NCBI RefSeq assembly: GCF_009914755.1
Contig: NC_060935.1
Source: the human T2T-CHM13v2.0 reference genome, Homo sapiens
Strand: one strand, 5' to 3'
DNA: 64,000 nt
Shown: positions 32,340 to 53,576 of the stretch, piece by piece
How positions within the stretch are numbered: the stretch's first letter is position 1
How the letters are laid out: the number at the start of each line of letters is the position of its first letter
Program-made: the position numbers and the translations under genes
The notes under the pieces: model-generated
The model's input: the letters and a program-made list of their open reading frames with translations, nothing else
Told to the model about the DNA's origin: nothing
Databases searched by the model: none

Positions 32340-35036
32340 TCCCGTATCCCTTTTGTCACTCTCTCTCTCTCTCCCTCTCTCCGTGTGTGTGTGTGTGCAT
32401 TCCTTTGTCTGTATGTTTAACTTCCAATCTAGCTCTATTTCTCATTATAAGTAACAAGAAAGGGAAACTTGCTAATATCCATTCTACAATGTTTAAAGAA
32501 ATACTCTATCCTAAGCAAATAGGATAATGAATAAGAAAACCTAATTTCTTTTTAAAATTTTAAAGTTGTGTGGTCTTTTTGAAATTATTATTTGTGATTC
32601 TGATTCTACAAGGGGATGAAAGTTCATATTTTCTAGATCTCAATTCTCAAGATAGTAAAATAAACCACACTTGGGGTCCATATGAAAGCGAGTCTACTCA
32701 TATAGGGAATTCATAATACATTAAGCATTATAGGATAGTTTTATATTTAAATTCTCAATAAATGTTCTACATCACTTGTTGGGGTTGTCATGATTATTTC
32801 CCCCATATTTTAGATGAGGAAAGGTGGTACTGTTTACACAAAAGTCTATTCAAAGTCTCTTCAGTTATAAGATGGAACACTGTAAAATCTTGAAACTGTT
32901 ACTTTGATATTTAAGGCTTATTTTCTACATATACTTAGTAGATTTTAACCGTCACTTCTGAGGGACCTTTGCATAATGATTGATCTCCTTTACAAAAGTA
33001 GTTAATTAAAAATCTTCAAATAGTTTAAATGGGAGGTGTACATTTATATTTTATGAATTTTTTATTTTGAATGCTTCAAATTAATGGAAAGTAATAAAAC
33101 AAATCATACATATATTTAATAAACTATACTTATAAGTAGAACTAAACTTAAGAACTTTCAAATAATATAATACTAATAACTTAGATTTCAAATTTAAATT
33201 TCAAGTTTAAATCAAATTATATATATGGAGAGGGGGCAGCAAGACTCTTTATATTATAAAACAAATTATACTAAATAACACATATACGAATAACGCCAGA
33301 TATACACAAATTCCTTGTTAACACACATAAATGTAGTAATCTGATTATAATTTTCTAATAACTTTTGACAACTAATTTTACATCTTACCATAGATTAAAG
33401 AATTTGCCCACAAATAATAACATTGCCATCTCAATTAGATAACATGACTTCCAAACCCAAAAACTTAAAAAATGATTTGTCTTATTCTTCTTTGACTCAT
33501 ATCTGGATTATCACATATATAATCATATATATATCTTTTATATTTATATAAAATGAATGACCTTTTATAAAGGAAGTCTTGAATGAATCAAACATTCAGT
33601 TTATTTTTAAGACATATAAGTGTTTAATGTTTGAACCTGATGGAACAGTAATATATGTAAAATGTATTTTCTAACAGATGATAAAGCTTGTGTGACTAGT
33701 GGGAATCTTAAAACAGGTAAATGAATTTTCCATTAAACTATAAAGGCTTTGAATTAATGAAGGCCTATATTATTTTATATTCTCAGAATTATTCAACTTT
33801 TATAAATATCTACAATAACTGTAAGCAGGAAGAATTTCTTATTATTGCAAAAATCATTGCAGAATTGACTAGAAAACCAGTAACTTTTATTCTACCCACA
33901 TCATTATCCACCAGAGGTTTGAATCTTCCTGAGTTTCAAGGATTCAGATTCTGGGAAACCAAAAATTATCAGCACTCTCCCAAACCCCAACCCATATTCA
34001 TACTTTGGCATCTGAGTTTATAATATTCATCATCCATTTAGGCCACACGCAAGTACTGACTCCATAAACAAATTAAGCAATGGAGACAAGGTTGTCTTCT
34101 GGAATGCAAACCCACCATATACCCAGCAGTTTGTCCATATCACTATGTAGCAATGAGGATGTAAGGGTTATATGTCTCCTCTATCAAAAACGTCTGGTTT
34201 ATAAACTTTCTCCAAATTCTAATCCTTAATCCAAACTATGTGGTATGGTGCTTGCCTTTAACTCCTTCACCATAATAATTAATTGAAGAGTCATGACCTC
34301 TGTGATTTTTGTCAGACTTAGGGAAACATCTTAAGGGGTCATTTTATTAATGGGGGTACAATGTTCATAGGCACAGGAAATACTATTTTACTACTGATGT
34401 CTCCTTTAATTATAATACAGGGAATATAAACAATAACAATAACAACAAAAAAAAACCATGGGCTACTACAGTGATAAAAAATGTAAAATGTCCAGAAAGG
34501 TCTAGACTAACTCGGAAAATTGCCTTGATAATAACTAATGTTCTTGGTATTTCTGTTATAATGCATTAAGTTGCATTATACAAATGTAAAAATTTTAAAG
34601 GCTAAAATGTTCAGCTTTTTAGGATTATTTTTCCAAGAGGAAGGGACTATATCTTTGGGTAGAGATGCCATAAAGTTTGAGATCCCTGCATCTGTACTAT
34701 ATCTTTATCACTGAATTTTCTCTTCAATGTCATTGGTAACCCAGTTTTAGCTAAATCCAATGGACTTGTTTTATTATTTTAACATAATAATATCTCTGAA
34801 GATTTACATATTTACACCCTTCTTTCTATGTATTTATGCCTTTATTTATATTTGTTTCCTTCTAATTATCTCATAAAGTAATATAGACATTGACTTTCAG
34901 GGAAGGTGCATAAGAGATTAGTGTTTTGACAATTGTAGTCTCTTGACTGGGTATAAATTGTATACTGATCAAGAGAACATTGCAGTTTATAAGATGTAGA
35001 GTAAGTTCTAGATTTTCACGGGTCACTCAACGACAA

Positions 35037-35275
35037 GCAAGAAGAAGGAGAAGGAGAAGAAGGACAAGGAAGAAGAAGAAGAATAGGAAGAAGAAGAAGA
35101 ATAGGAAAAAGAAGAAGGAAGAAGAAGAAGAAAAGAAGAGGAAGAAGAAGGAGAAGAAGAAGAAGAAAAAGAAGAAGAAGAACAAGGAGGAGGAGGAGGA
35201 AGAGCAGGAGGAGGAGGAAGAGCAGGAGGAGGAGGGAGGAGGAGAACGAGGAGGAGAAGAAATGTAGAAAAAGAA
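35037..35275. repeat. Polypurine (GAA/GAG/GGA)n tract, ~240 bp
   Basis: Direct inspection; it generates the spurious poly-K/E and poly-F/S ORFs. Confidence 0.95.
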
Positions 35276-36755
35276 GTTTGAATGGATACTTTTCAAATAA
35301 AGTAAATATCTTTGTTAGTCACTGAGTTACATGATAAAGATGACATTATTTTGTTGACTTGTATTTTCACATCTTGATTTTATTATATAAGATTATTGTG
35401 CTTTCTATAGCTAAAATTAAACAAAACAAAACAAAACCTCAATGTCGAAGAATGAGTGAAGCCCTTAATTACAAAAACCTATTGAATTATATTCACAGGA
35501 TATAATAAAATATATAATTTTCAGTTATTACATCTTTCTCTTCTTTACCTTTCTAATAAACTATTTTAGAGCATACATATTTGCAATTATTGACTAGGTT
35601 AATTAAATAGTTTCTGCCACAGGCATTCAATAAATATTTTTGAATAAAGTGATGAATAAAAGAATTAATAGATTTAACTCATTTTTAATGTTTAAAAATA
35701 TTATTGAAGTCAGTTTTATAAATGATTAAATTCATTTTTCATTACTTCTTAGAATGGAAGCATGTCTGTAGAAGTCATTTATATAAGGATGACTTCAGGA
35801 TCCTAATATTTTACTCTAATAAGTTTCATTGTGTTACTAAGACAAATGCATATAATAAATTGCAATGAAGAATGAAGAAAAATTGGTCTTATAGTCATTT
35901 TGTTGTTGAAATATACATGTGGGTCTTTTAATGGAGAACAATAAAAATATGTGATTTATTAAATAATTGGAATATCTATTGATTTCCCTTGAGACTGAAT
36001 AAAATTAACATAGTTAAAAAACATTCTAATGCTAAACTCTATATTTTCCCTAATGCGAAATGGAATAATTCATAATTTCCAAAGGGATTTGTTACAGTAA
36101 AGTAAAAAGAGTTCTAGAGGAGTCTTAATTTCTTTACCATATGTTTAGTTTTCTCTCAGGATAATCATTGTTTATGATATTTATCCTTTTAATAATAATT
36201 ACTCTATATATTCTTGGAATTTAAGCTATAATGCCTCAAATATTATGAATAATGAGGTTTATTGGACATTCCCTTTGAATGGTTAATCTGTCTCAAAAGG
36301 TGGCAGAATTAACACTGTAAATTTCCAGACAAAAAGTTGAAATGACAATGCTTTCAAAAATAGTGGATAACCTTTAATGTTATGGCCTTCTTGTGCATCC
36401 AATTTAATGGCTAAAATGTTATTATTTTAGTTGCTTGAACTTTTGTTTTAAATAATTTGTGATTACAAATGGGATTTTTCTGTCTTTCTTTATGTCTATA
36501 GTGGTTCAGGGCAAGCTAGGTAAGATGCATTGAAAGGCTTAATCACAACTTCAATTAGAATTTATGAATGAATGTACATTTTATGATAAAGGCTGATAAA
36601 CAGAAGTTAAAAGGTATTCACTTTAAAATTTTCTAAATGACAACACTGTCCAATATCTCCAATTCTAGTTTACAAGGTAATAATTTATTGGAGGCTGTAT
36701 TAGGTGAGGAAAAACAAAACAAAATATAAACAAAACTTTAAAAAATGTATAAGAA

Positions 36756-37093
<338 letters not shown>

Positions 37094-37129
37094 TTAGATG
37101 AATTAATAAAAAACTTTGGGTTGTTGAAT

Positions 37130-37810
37130 ATAGGATCAGTATCTGGAGTTTAGTTGTATTTCCTTGCCATAGCAGAAATTATTTAACGTTAATTTTTAAA
37201 GGAAAACTTTTATAATATACAAGGACCTTAGGAAAATATAATTAACAACAGATACGCTAAACCTTTATGGAAACAATTATAAAATATTTTTAAAAGATCA
37301 TCAATAATGTAAATAATCAGTGACTCCATGTTTATGAGGATGATTCTTATAAAGATATACTTTTTACAATATTGGTTTATAAATACAACATAATTCCAAA
37401 TAATATTTCAATAATATTCTCAATTAATGTGACAAGCTGGTTATAATTTTTTTAGTAATAACCCAGAACAAAAAGGGCCAAGACATTCCTGAAGAAGTAC
37501 CAAGTAAGCCTGTATCAATGCTATAATAGGAAAGTGTAGCAATGATGAAAATGGAACATTGACAAGTGATCACAATAGAGAACCCAGAACCAGACCTACA
37601 CAAAAATGAAAATTTAATATATCATAGAGCACCATTGAAGATAGAGAACTTACATTTTTTAAAAAACTGCAAAAAATATACTGTCTAAGATTCCTACCTC
37701 ATATAATACACAACAAATTATTCCAGGTGTGTTAAAGATTAAAAATATCTATCACCCCTATTATATTGGCAGAAAATATTAATTTCAGAGTATAAAAAGC
37801 ATTAGCAAAT
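37130..37810 (+). mobile_element. Ancient L1M ORF2 fragment
   Basis: Degenerate matches such as ACCTTTATGGAAACAATTATAAAATAT and ATAGAGAACCCAGAACCAGAC. Confidence 0.55.
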
Positions 37811-37864
37811 ACAAGTTATCTGAGGTGTTATGTTCTGTTGTTGAGATTGTAGATATGAACAAGC

Positions 37865-38272
37865 AATGATAGACTGGATTAAGAAAATGTGGCACATATA
37901 CACCATGAAATACTATGAAGCCATAAAAAAGGATAAGTTCATGTCCTTTGTAGGGACATGGATGAAGCTGGAAACCATCATTCTCAGCAAACTATCACAA
38001 GGACAAAAAACCTGACACCGCATGTTCTCACTCATAGGTGGGAATTGAACAATGAGAACACTTGGACAAAGGAAGGGGAACATCACACACTGAGGCCTGT
38101 CGTGGAGTGGGGGCAGTGGGGAGGGATAGCATTAGGAGATATACCTAATGTAAATGACAAGTTAATGGGTGCAGCATACCAATAAGTCACATGTGTACAT
38201 ATGTAACAAACCTGCACATTGTTCACAAGTACCCTAAAACTTAAAGTACAATAATAAAAACAAATAAAAAAA
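37865..38272 (+). mobile_element. L1PA (PA5/6-like) 3' end
   Basis: GATAGACTGGATTAAGAAAATGTGG through CCCTAAAACTTAAAGTA plus A-rich tail. Confidence 0.9.
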
Positions 38273-38724
38273 TGTTGCAATGACGTATATTTTATTTACA
38301 TATTAAAATGGTACTAAGAGAAGAAAAAAAAACAAAAAAAGAAATTTAGAAAATAATTTGCTATATTTTAAAGTTGTATACCCTATATGTATACCCTATA
38401 TGCAATCAATGCAGACTCTTGTACATGTGTGCTTAGAGAAGAGTAAAATAACATTAATAGTAGCATTGGTCATAAAATTAGGTAATAGGCAATTTAATTA
38501 TGATACAGCAAAGAAAAATAATACAACAAATTATGAAATTACAGTGAAGAAATACGTATGCACATGGGAGAATGTGAGAAACACAATATTAAAGAAAAAC
38601 ATAAGCTCTGTAGATGACAAACGTGATATCACATTTACAATGTTCAAAAATTTTAAAAAGGAGATTTATTAAAATAATCGTTTTAGGAATATAGATGAAA
38701 TTATTTTCAAAATTGAAATCTAGG

Positions 38725-39117
<393 letters not shown>

Positions 39118-39342
39118 TCAAGATTTTTTGTTTTTTAATTAATTTCTGTGGTGAGTTTATAAGTATTTCTTTTGCTTTCTGATTTATATAGACATTTTTG
39201 GATTTAACTAAATGTTTACCTAATATTTTACAATAAAATATTTTATAACTGTCATATATTTTTATATATTTTACCTAATATAAAATAAAGATGGTTGAAA
39301 TCTTGTTAAAAAATACACTTGAGGACATTAGAACTTAGTACT

Positions 39343-40371
39343 TGTATCAGAGATCCCAAAGACTATCACCAGTTTCAATGATTCACTAGAAGAACTCACA
39401 GAACTCAGAAAAGCTATTATGCTTATGGTTATGGTTTATTACCACTAAAGATTGGAGGACAGTTTTCCAGGTAGCCTTTGAGTAGTCCAGTTGTCCCTCC
39501 TCCCTCACGTGTAATTCTCAAAAATAACTGTAGAACCTACTGGAAATATAACATTCTGAGATAGGCGAGGCAGCTGGAACAGAGCACATGTTGTTCTGGC
39601 CAATGCCTCCTTCACTTTAGAAACAGACTGTCCTTCAAGGCTTTGGCCCCAGCAATTCTTCTAACCCTAGGGTACAAAACCAGGATAGGCTGCTTTCTGG
39701 GTTCCCTCAGCTGCAGTGCAAGTGAGGCATATGCAGATGAAACCCCATTCAGTCTGGGCCTCTTTCCTGAACTTTGGAAGCCCAGCTTTCAAAAAGTCCT
39801 GGGCTTCTGTTGTCCTTTGCTGCCTGCTTCATGCAACTTGTGTGTATGGGTGTTCTGTCTCACTGGGCCCAGACAAGTTGATAACCAGTACACAGTGAAC
39901 CTGTTTCACAAAGATATGGATTAAATTGTAAAAGGAAAAGAGTGTATAGGTCAGTTTCCAGGAGAACCAAGTACGAGCTTCCACTTGTCCTCTTAAGTGG
40001 AATCACACAGGCAATACTTAATTCTCCCAGGAGTATTGTCTGATAACAAGTATGGGATATTGCCAATCACAGAAGCTTACCAAATAATTGTTTCCAGGGT
40101 TTGATTGAGGGTCAGTCACATGGGCATGGAGAACCCACTTACCTGATCTTAGATACGTAGTCTTCAAATGGCCCATATGAATACAGCATAACCTAGAAGC
40201 CCCAGGTACGCAAAAACAGGCAAGCAGAATAAATCATACCATGAGTGTAAACTGAGCCAAAGTATATAAAGATGCCCTTATCGGACAGGATATTCGAAGA
40301 CAGGATATTTCAGAGGTTGTCAGGGCCAGTTCTGAAGACCCCAGATAGTTGAGTTTATGCTTTACTGCACA
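39343..40371. mobile_element. MER21-like LTR interrupted by a second LTR
   Basis: TGTATCAGAGATCCCAAAGACTA...GAACTCACAGAACTCAG...TTTACTGCACA; TG...CA termini. Confidence 0.65.
39453..39910 (+). mobile_element. Nested ERVL-class solo LTR (MER54/MER73/LTR47-like)
   Basis: TG...GAACCTGTTTCACA with exact 5-bp TSD AAGAT at 39448-39452 and 39911-39915. Confidence 0.7.
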
Positions 40372-42049
40372 ATACTAACATTTAAAAATATATAGATGGC
40401 TAAGTTTCTAATGTAATTACATTTGGCTCTTTTATTTTGCCAGTACAGAAGAAAAATGAGTCTTCAAAAATATGAGTTAATTATTCTTTATTAATTTGAT
40501 CAACTATCTATTTCTATTTAAAACTATCATTCCAGATGTGGTCTTCTTACCGTACAGCCCATGGTACCCTCCTTGTAGCTTTTAATCTGTATAGTATTTC
40601 CTCCCCCTCCCTAACCCACAAAAGGAAAGCAAACTTCCTCAGTCATTTTACTTGTTCTTAGCAGGAGAAACACAAAATGTCAATATTAGTCTCTAAATTT
40701 GTACATTTCAGCCTCTGAAGAAAAAAGTCAATTTGCGTTTCATTATCCCATTAAAGGACACAGTTATCCACCATATTGAAGACAAAACATAATATGGAAA
40801 ACTGGAAATATCAGCAATTTAGAATCCTTGTTTCTGTAGGTCCAGGCATCTGGGGGCTTTCTGTGATTCCTTACATGGAAGCATCTTTTTCTAAACCTTA
40901 TATTTCCTACCACATAAAGGACACAACCCATGAATAAGCTGCTTTCAATTTTCGAGATTACATTCATCTTCTATATGAATGAGTGCATTTTTGAACCATT
41001 TACTGGATGCTCTCAAAGGTTGACAACTTTGTTTAAACCTTCTCTTTCTAACATAGGTCCACCTATTAAATAGAAAGCCCTTCTGGAAGCCACAAAACTG
41101 ATTTCAATTTTCCTACCAGGTATAGAAGAGAAGCCAGGTGGGATCCTGTATTTATCCACTCCCTAGTCTGTCAATCTTAAGAATCATAAGGTATAGACTA
41201 TGCCATCATCAATCATTTAAAGAACATTACAATCTAGAGCAGTGTTATAAAGTATTAAAAAATACTGTTGCAAACAGTGCTATAATTGTTAGAGAAAACG
41301 TAGAGTCATGGAACAAGTACCATCTGTTGAACAAGTGGCCTTGAGTCATCTCAATCTTGACAAGAATTTGATGTGTGCAATTATTATTCACAATTTAAAA
41401 ATTAGTAAACATTAGTTTAAATGAGTAGTTCAAGGTCCCATAGCCATGAAATGGCACAACTGCTCTAGGTTGCCTGAATCACCAGTGTTTACTCTAGTAG
41501 CTTAACATTCAAGGCATACTTCTTTCTAGACACTCCAACAATGGAAAAGCAACCAAACATTAGAGTGCCTGAGATTCTTCTCAATATATTGAGCTTGTAC
41601 TTTAGAATTCGATAATATGACTAAATACTTCAAAGTATCATTAAGTAACTGAATTCATAATGAGAACTGATAGAAATAAGAATTTACAGAAGAATTTTTT
41701 TTTGGCTGGTAGAATTAAAAGACTGTTGTTTTAATCAAACCTCTCTCAATGATGAAGACAGGTTATGTTATTACTGGTTACAGTATAGCCAATTGTGTTA
41801 TTATCCTTTACCTTTTTTCATTTAAGAGAAATCAGCTAAGCCACATACCTATACCACTAGGATGAGAACAATTAACTATCAGACACCCTACTGGGATTGG
41901 AAATTATCTTGGGACACTGTCTCACTTGTCACAGACTAGAATATATATACTCATCCCTTATAAGAATTATTTCTAAAACCTAGAGAAAAATGTTGATAGC
42001 CCATTGTGCAAAATAAGTGATAAAATTCAAAGTTCTTGATGGTGCTGAG

Positions 42050-42144
42050 GTAAGTGATTTTTTCCCTAAAGCATTAACAAAATGTTTGTTGTGAATGTAG
42101 CAAAGACCATGAATTTGCCTCAGATAAAATGTATCTCTGCTATT

Positions 42145-42176
<32 letters not shown>

Positions 42177-44660
42177 TTCAGTTTGTGTATGTATGTGGGC
42201 TAAGAGTGGGCAGAAGACAGTGGTAGCATAGACCTAAGCTTACCTTATCCATGGCAATTAGAAAAAAAAATGTCACGCCCAATTCGTTGTGTACCTTATT
42301 GCCATGAGAAGGAAGCTGACTATGCCTATTAAGAATTTTTGGAAAAACAATGGTGTAATAATTTTCTGTAGCAGCATGCTAAACCTCAGATTTTATAAGC
42401 ACAAATCACATATTCACCTGCAGTGTGGTTAATTGTTTGTGTTTGTTCATATAAAAACAAACTAGGAGAATTTGTCATTTCAAAGTCAGATATTGAATTG
42501 TTAAATAATCATAATAGCATTAATAGTAATAATTATAATATATAATAACATACATTTTGATGCATCTACAGCATACCAACCTCTGTAAAGCTACCTAGTT
42601 CAATCTTGATTTCAGTCTTATAATATATTATTATGCTAATTAAATATAACAAATAATTTAGGCATAGAGAAGTTCAATGAGTTCTAGAAAATTATATTTG
42701 GACCTGAGGTTATTTATACTCATTTGCCTAACTTCAAATCCTGTGTGCTTAAGCTCAGCACAATGCCATTTGTAAAGAAAAGATTGAGTGAAATCAGTAC
42801 TAATATTTCTGCTATCTGCGTATCTCCTTCAAAGAGAATAGCAAATAAAGTTTATTAATAGACATCTTTTAGAAATAGGAGGTTTGTCAAATGAGATTTC
42901 CCTAAGATCCAGTGGGGTCCAACTCATTTTGGGAGATTTTTCTGATTTCAGTTCAGAGCAGCGTGAGATAAATCCTGTAGGAAAAGGAAAGTTGTCTTGA
43001 GATGCTCAGTCTCTCACTGGACAATTGACTACAAAACCCCTTTAAATCGTTTTGTAGTTGTCATGGGACTCAAGAAAGAAAAATAAGACTTTGATCCCAT
43101 AACTTGTTTTTGGATATAATATATAAACTCATTAAAATCATTAATGGAAATGTCACTTGTTTGGATGAGCCTGTGTATTCGATTTAGCCATCCCATCGGA
43201 AATGTTAGTGTGGAAATTTGCTAGGGTTGGCCAGGAATAATAGAGAAAATATACATCCAGTTGTGAGGATTTGAATATTATATAAAGCTTGCAAATGTGT
43301 ACATTTTTCTAGTATTTTTTCAGAGTTGGGATTTCTTCACTATAGTTTTAGGTACACACATTGCATTCTTACCCTGTCAAGTTATTTGCTCTTCTAAAAA
43401 ATCTGAGTTCACAAAGAAGGCTGGCTTCTCTTTTCGGTACATTTAGAAGATTCCTTGCCATTTGGCTGGAGAAAGGAGGTTCTGAGGTTATCAGGCATGA
43501 TAGAGACAATAGATCTCATAATTTCCCTTAGTTACTCACTACGTTACTCACCATAGACACTTCTCACTTCCAAATGATCTAACTTCCTGCTTAATATTCC
43601 ATTCGCATTGTATTTTATTTAAAATCATCTCAGCTTTTCTTGTTCTTGATTATTTTTTCATTTTTCCATACAATGTTTGTCCTTACAGAACCAGTTTAGA
43701 AGTCCAATCGCATATGCAGCCCTTCAAAACATACTAATGTTTCTGGAACCTCACACCAAACAGTGCTTACTTCAGAGATTAGAAAGTAAACTAAATCTTG
43801 AAAAAGAAAGCAACAATGATAGGGCATGAGTAAAAGATTTAGTATGCCAAACAATACATTTGTATATAGCACACACACACACACACACACGACTTATTTT
43901 TACAACAGAAAACAAATAATGCATCTATGATGTCAAAGACAAGATGAATATTGAGAATGATCTGGATATTTCATGGTGTTCAGACAAAAAAAACCCCAAA
44001 ACAATCAAAATGGAGTCAATTTATTTATTTTTAATAAATTTTATTTAATCAGCGCTCACACAGTGACTTGTATGTGTAGTCACATAAGTGATGTAGGGAT
44101 GTCTACTTACTAGGAATATTTATTTATTCATCTTAACTATCACAGAAAGTCAAATAACTATACCAAAGTCACACAAACAGTAAATAGCAAAGCCAAGTTG
44201 TAAATCCAGCCATCTCTTCCATAATTACCATGCTCTTAACTACCACGTTAAGTAACCTCCCAACATCACAGATATTCTTCTGTGTGATTACACAGTTTTA
44301 AATATGGACATTCTTTCATATTTTATCTCAACTCTCCTTTATGTAGAAGAATGTGATTTTAGGGTTGCAAAAAGAGAGCTTTGCCTCTAAAGATTTTGCC
44401 AACTCTCATTATTCTACTAGGTCTCATTACATGAGCTACATTTATCCCTTTCAGCTTGTAAAAACTATTATCATCACATAAAGTGCAGCGCGTTTAAAGA
44501 GGTACTACATTATAAAACACCACCATCTAAATAACATTTTCTGCTATCAATGGTGATCTTTAATTATTATACTTCCTTTAATCAAATGACAAAATCAAAA
44601 TCAAAATTTACAAAAAATGACATCTCTGTGATTTTACTGACCTTCTATTTGATTCCTTAG
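42050..44660 (+). other. Candidate 5'UTR splice donor and acceptor for OR5AS1
   Basis: Donor GAG|GTAAGT at 42050; acceptor CTGACCTTCTATTTGATTCCTTAG ending at 44660 with branch-like CTGAC, 97 nt before the ATG; pairing unproven. Confidence 0.35.
42147..42176. repeat. (TG)n microsatellite
   Basis: Direct inspection. Confidence 0.9.
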
Positions 44661-44757
44661 AAGAGAGAATAAAGATACTTTTGGTTCATCCATAACTCAA
44701 GTTAACTCACATCTGCTGATACTACCTAGGTCCAGTGGGAAAAACAAGAAAACTAAG

Positions 44758-45732
44758 ATGTTGGAGAGTAATTACACCATGCCAACTGAGTTCCTATTTG
44801 TTGGATTCACAGATTATCTACCTCTCAGAGTCACACTGTTCTTGGTATTCCTTCTGGTATATACATTAACTATGGTCGGAAATATACTCTTAATAATTCT
44901 AGTTAATATTAATTCAAGCCTTCAAATTCCCATGTATTATTTTCTTAGCAACTTATCTTTCTTAGACATCAGCTGTTCTACAGCAATCACTCCTAAAATG
45001 CTGGCAAACTTCTTAGCATCCAGGAAAAGCATCTCTCCTTATGGGTGTGCACTACAAATGTTTTTCTTCGCTTCTTTTGCTGATGCTGAGTGCCTTATCC
45101 TGGCAGCAATGGCTTATGACCTCTATGCAGCCATCTGCAACCCACTGCTCTATACTACACTGATGTCTAGGAGAGTCTGTGTCTGCTTCATTGTGTTGGC
45201 ATATTTCAGTGGAAGTACAACATCACTGGTCCATGTGTGCCTCACATTCAGGCTGTCATTTTGTGGCTCCAATATCGTCAATCATTTTTTCTGTGATATC
45301 CCACCTCTTCTGGCTTTATCATGTACAGACACTCAGATCAACCAGCTTCTGCTCTTTGCTTTGTGCAGCTTCATCCAGACCAGCACTTTTGTGGTAATAT
45401 TTATTTCTTACTTCTGCATCCTCATCACTGTGTTGAGCATCAAGTCCTCAGGTGGCAGAAGCAAAACATTCTCCACTTGTGCTTCCCACCTCATAGCAGT
45501 CACCTTATTCTATGGAGCGCTCCTGTTTATGTACTTACAGCCCACCACTAGCTATTCCCTAGACACTGATAAGGTGGTGGCAGTGTTTTATACTGTTGTA
45601 TTTCCCATGTTTAATCCAATAATTTATAGTTTCAGAAACAAGGATGTGAAAAATGCTCTCAAAAAGCTATTAGAAAGAATTGGATATTCAAATGAATGGT
45701 ATTTAAATCGTTTAAGAATAGTCAATATCTAA
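44758..45732 (+). CDS. OR5AS1: Olfactory receptor 5AS1, 324 aa, open frame but MAYDLY in place of MAYDRY
   Basis: NYT sequon, [46 protein letters not shown]; sequence recognised as OR5AS1. Confidence 0.92.
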
Positions 45733-46131
45733 CTTACCCTTCCAATCTCATAAACAGCAATTATGCCATGAACATCTTATGTGTTAACTATTTTAAATTT
45801 ATCACATTTTCAGAAATAAAGATAACTTGTTATACTCAGTGCATTAAAATGCTTCATCCTCTCTTCCAAAAATGTTCTCTCCACAATTCTACTCTATAAA
45901 ACATTACCTAATTAAACATAGTCATTATTTATATCCAATTAGTGTTTCTAAAATGCTTTGTACATTGATTCTGTTCTTTACGATGTTGTATTGAAGGTAA
46001 ATATTGACTTTTCAGTCAATCAATCGGTATTAGAAGCTACTTGGCAGCAGAGCATGTGTATATTGGCTTGTTTTTTCCACCACCTGTTTGGCACCTGGTA
46101 TACTGCATGTCTTCCTTATCTGTGTGTTTAG

Positions 46132-46241
46132 GCCATTTATGCATAGAGTTCCATTATTGGAACACTAAGCATCCTACTGCTCAAGGTCATCGCCAAGGTC
46201 TGATTTCAAAAATTCAAAATATTGTAACCTCAGACATAAAT
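46132..46241. mobile_element. MER85 piggyBac-derived MITE, internally deleted
   Basis: CCATTTATGC...GTTCCATTATTGGAAC...CTACTGCTCAAGGTCATCGCCAAGGTCTGATTT...CATAAAT, flanked by TTAG and TTAA. Confidence 0.88.
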
Positions 46242-47047
46242 TTAAGTATGGATGGAGGGATGGATAGATGGATAGATAGATGAATGACTGGGAAAATACA
46301 GCCTTATTTTATTTGGACAGTGAGTCTATATTTGTACTCACAAAGCATTTGTCAATAGAGATATTTTATAATACCAATAATCTGTTAGGGATACTGATGG
46401 TGGTTTCACTGGCTCTCAAGAAATTAGAAGACATGTAGCAATAGTCTCATTATTATTAAGTCAGAATGAAGATACATCACATTGTCTTTGGGCTAAGTTG
46501 ATTACTGCAAGAAATTCCCTACTTTTTCATTCAGAGTGGGTAATTGTGAAAAACAAGTTTGTGAATACTATCAAGATTATAAACTGTAGAATTTCCTAAT
46601 TATTTATATTCATGTTGCTAACATAGTCTTTGAGGCTCTATCTTCAAGAAGAGGTGAAAATTACACTGATCTTTTATTCTGTAAATTTACAATGCAAGGC
46701 AATTAAAGTATAAACAATTTTTACTCTGTAATCGATTTTGATAATTAAATTATCAGATTTTTTGTGGTTTATTCTGATCTTTCAGTCTGAAGTCTCTATT
46801 TACTTTTTGTCTTATTTTGACAAAGTTAAAGTGATACACCATGTACATGTGAAATAAAAAAGTGTGCATTTTGTAATAATTATGAAAATATAAATGGTTG
46901 GATTAGTTATATTGAATTTAACCTTGGACATGGAGACAATAAGATAGCACCTAATGAAATGGATTGTTTTGAGTATTAAGTAAAGTTATATATGTAAAAT
47001 TACTGGTATATGTATATGATTTGAAAATTAAATAATCTAATATTTAT

Positions 47048-53576
<6,529 letters not shown>

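Noticed and set aside
34980-35296. Highly charged poly-K/E and poly-F/S ORFs
   Set aside because: Simple-repeat translations without ATG start
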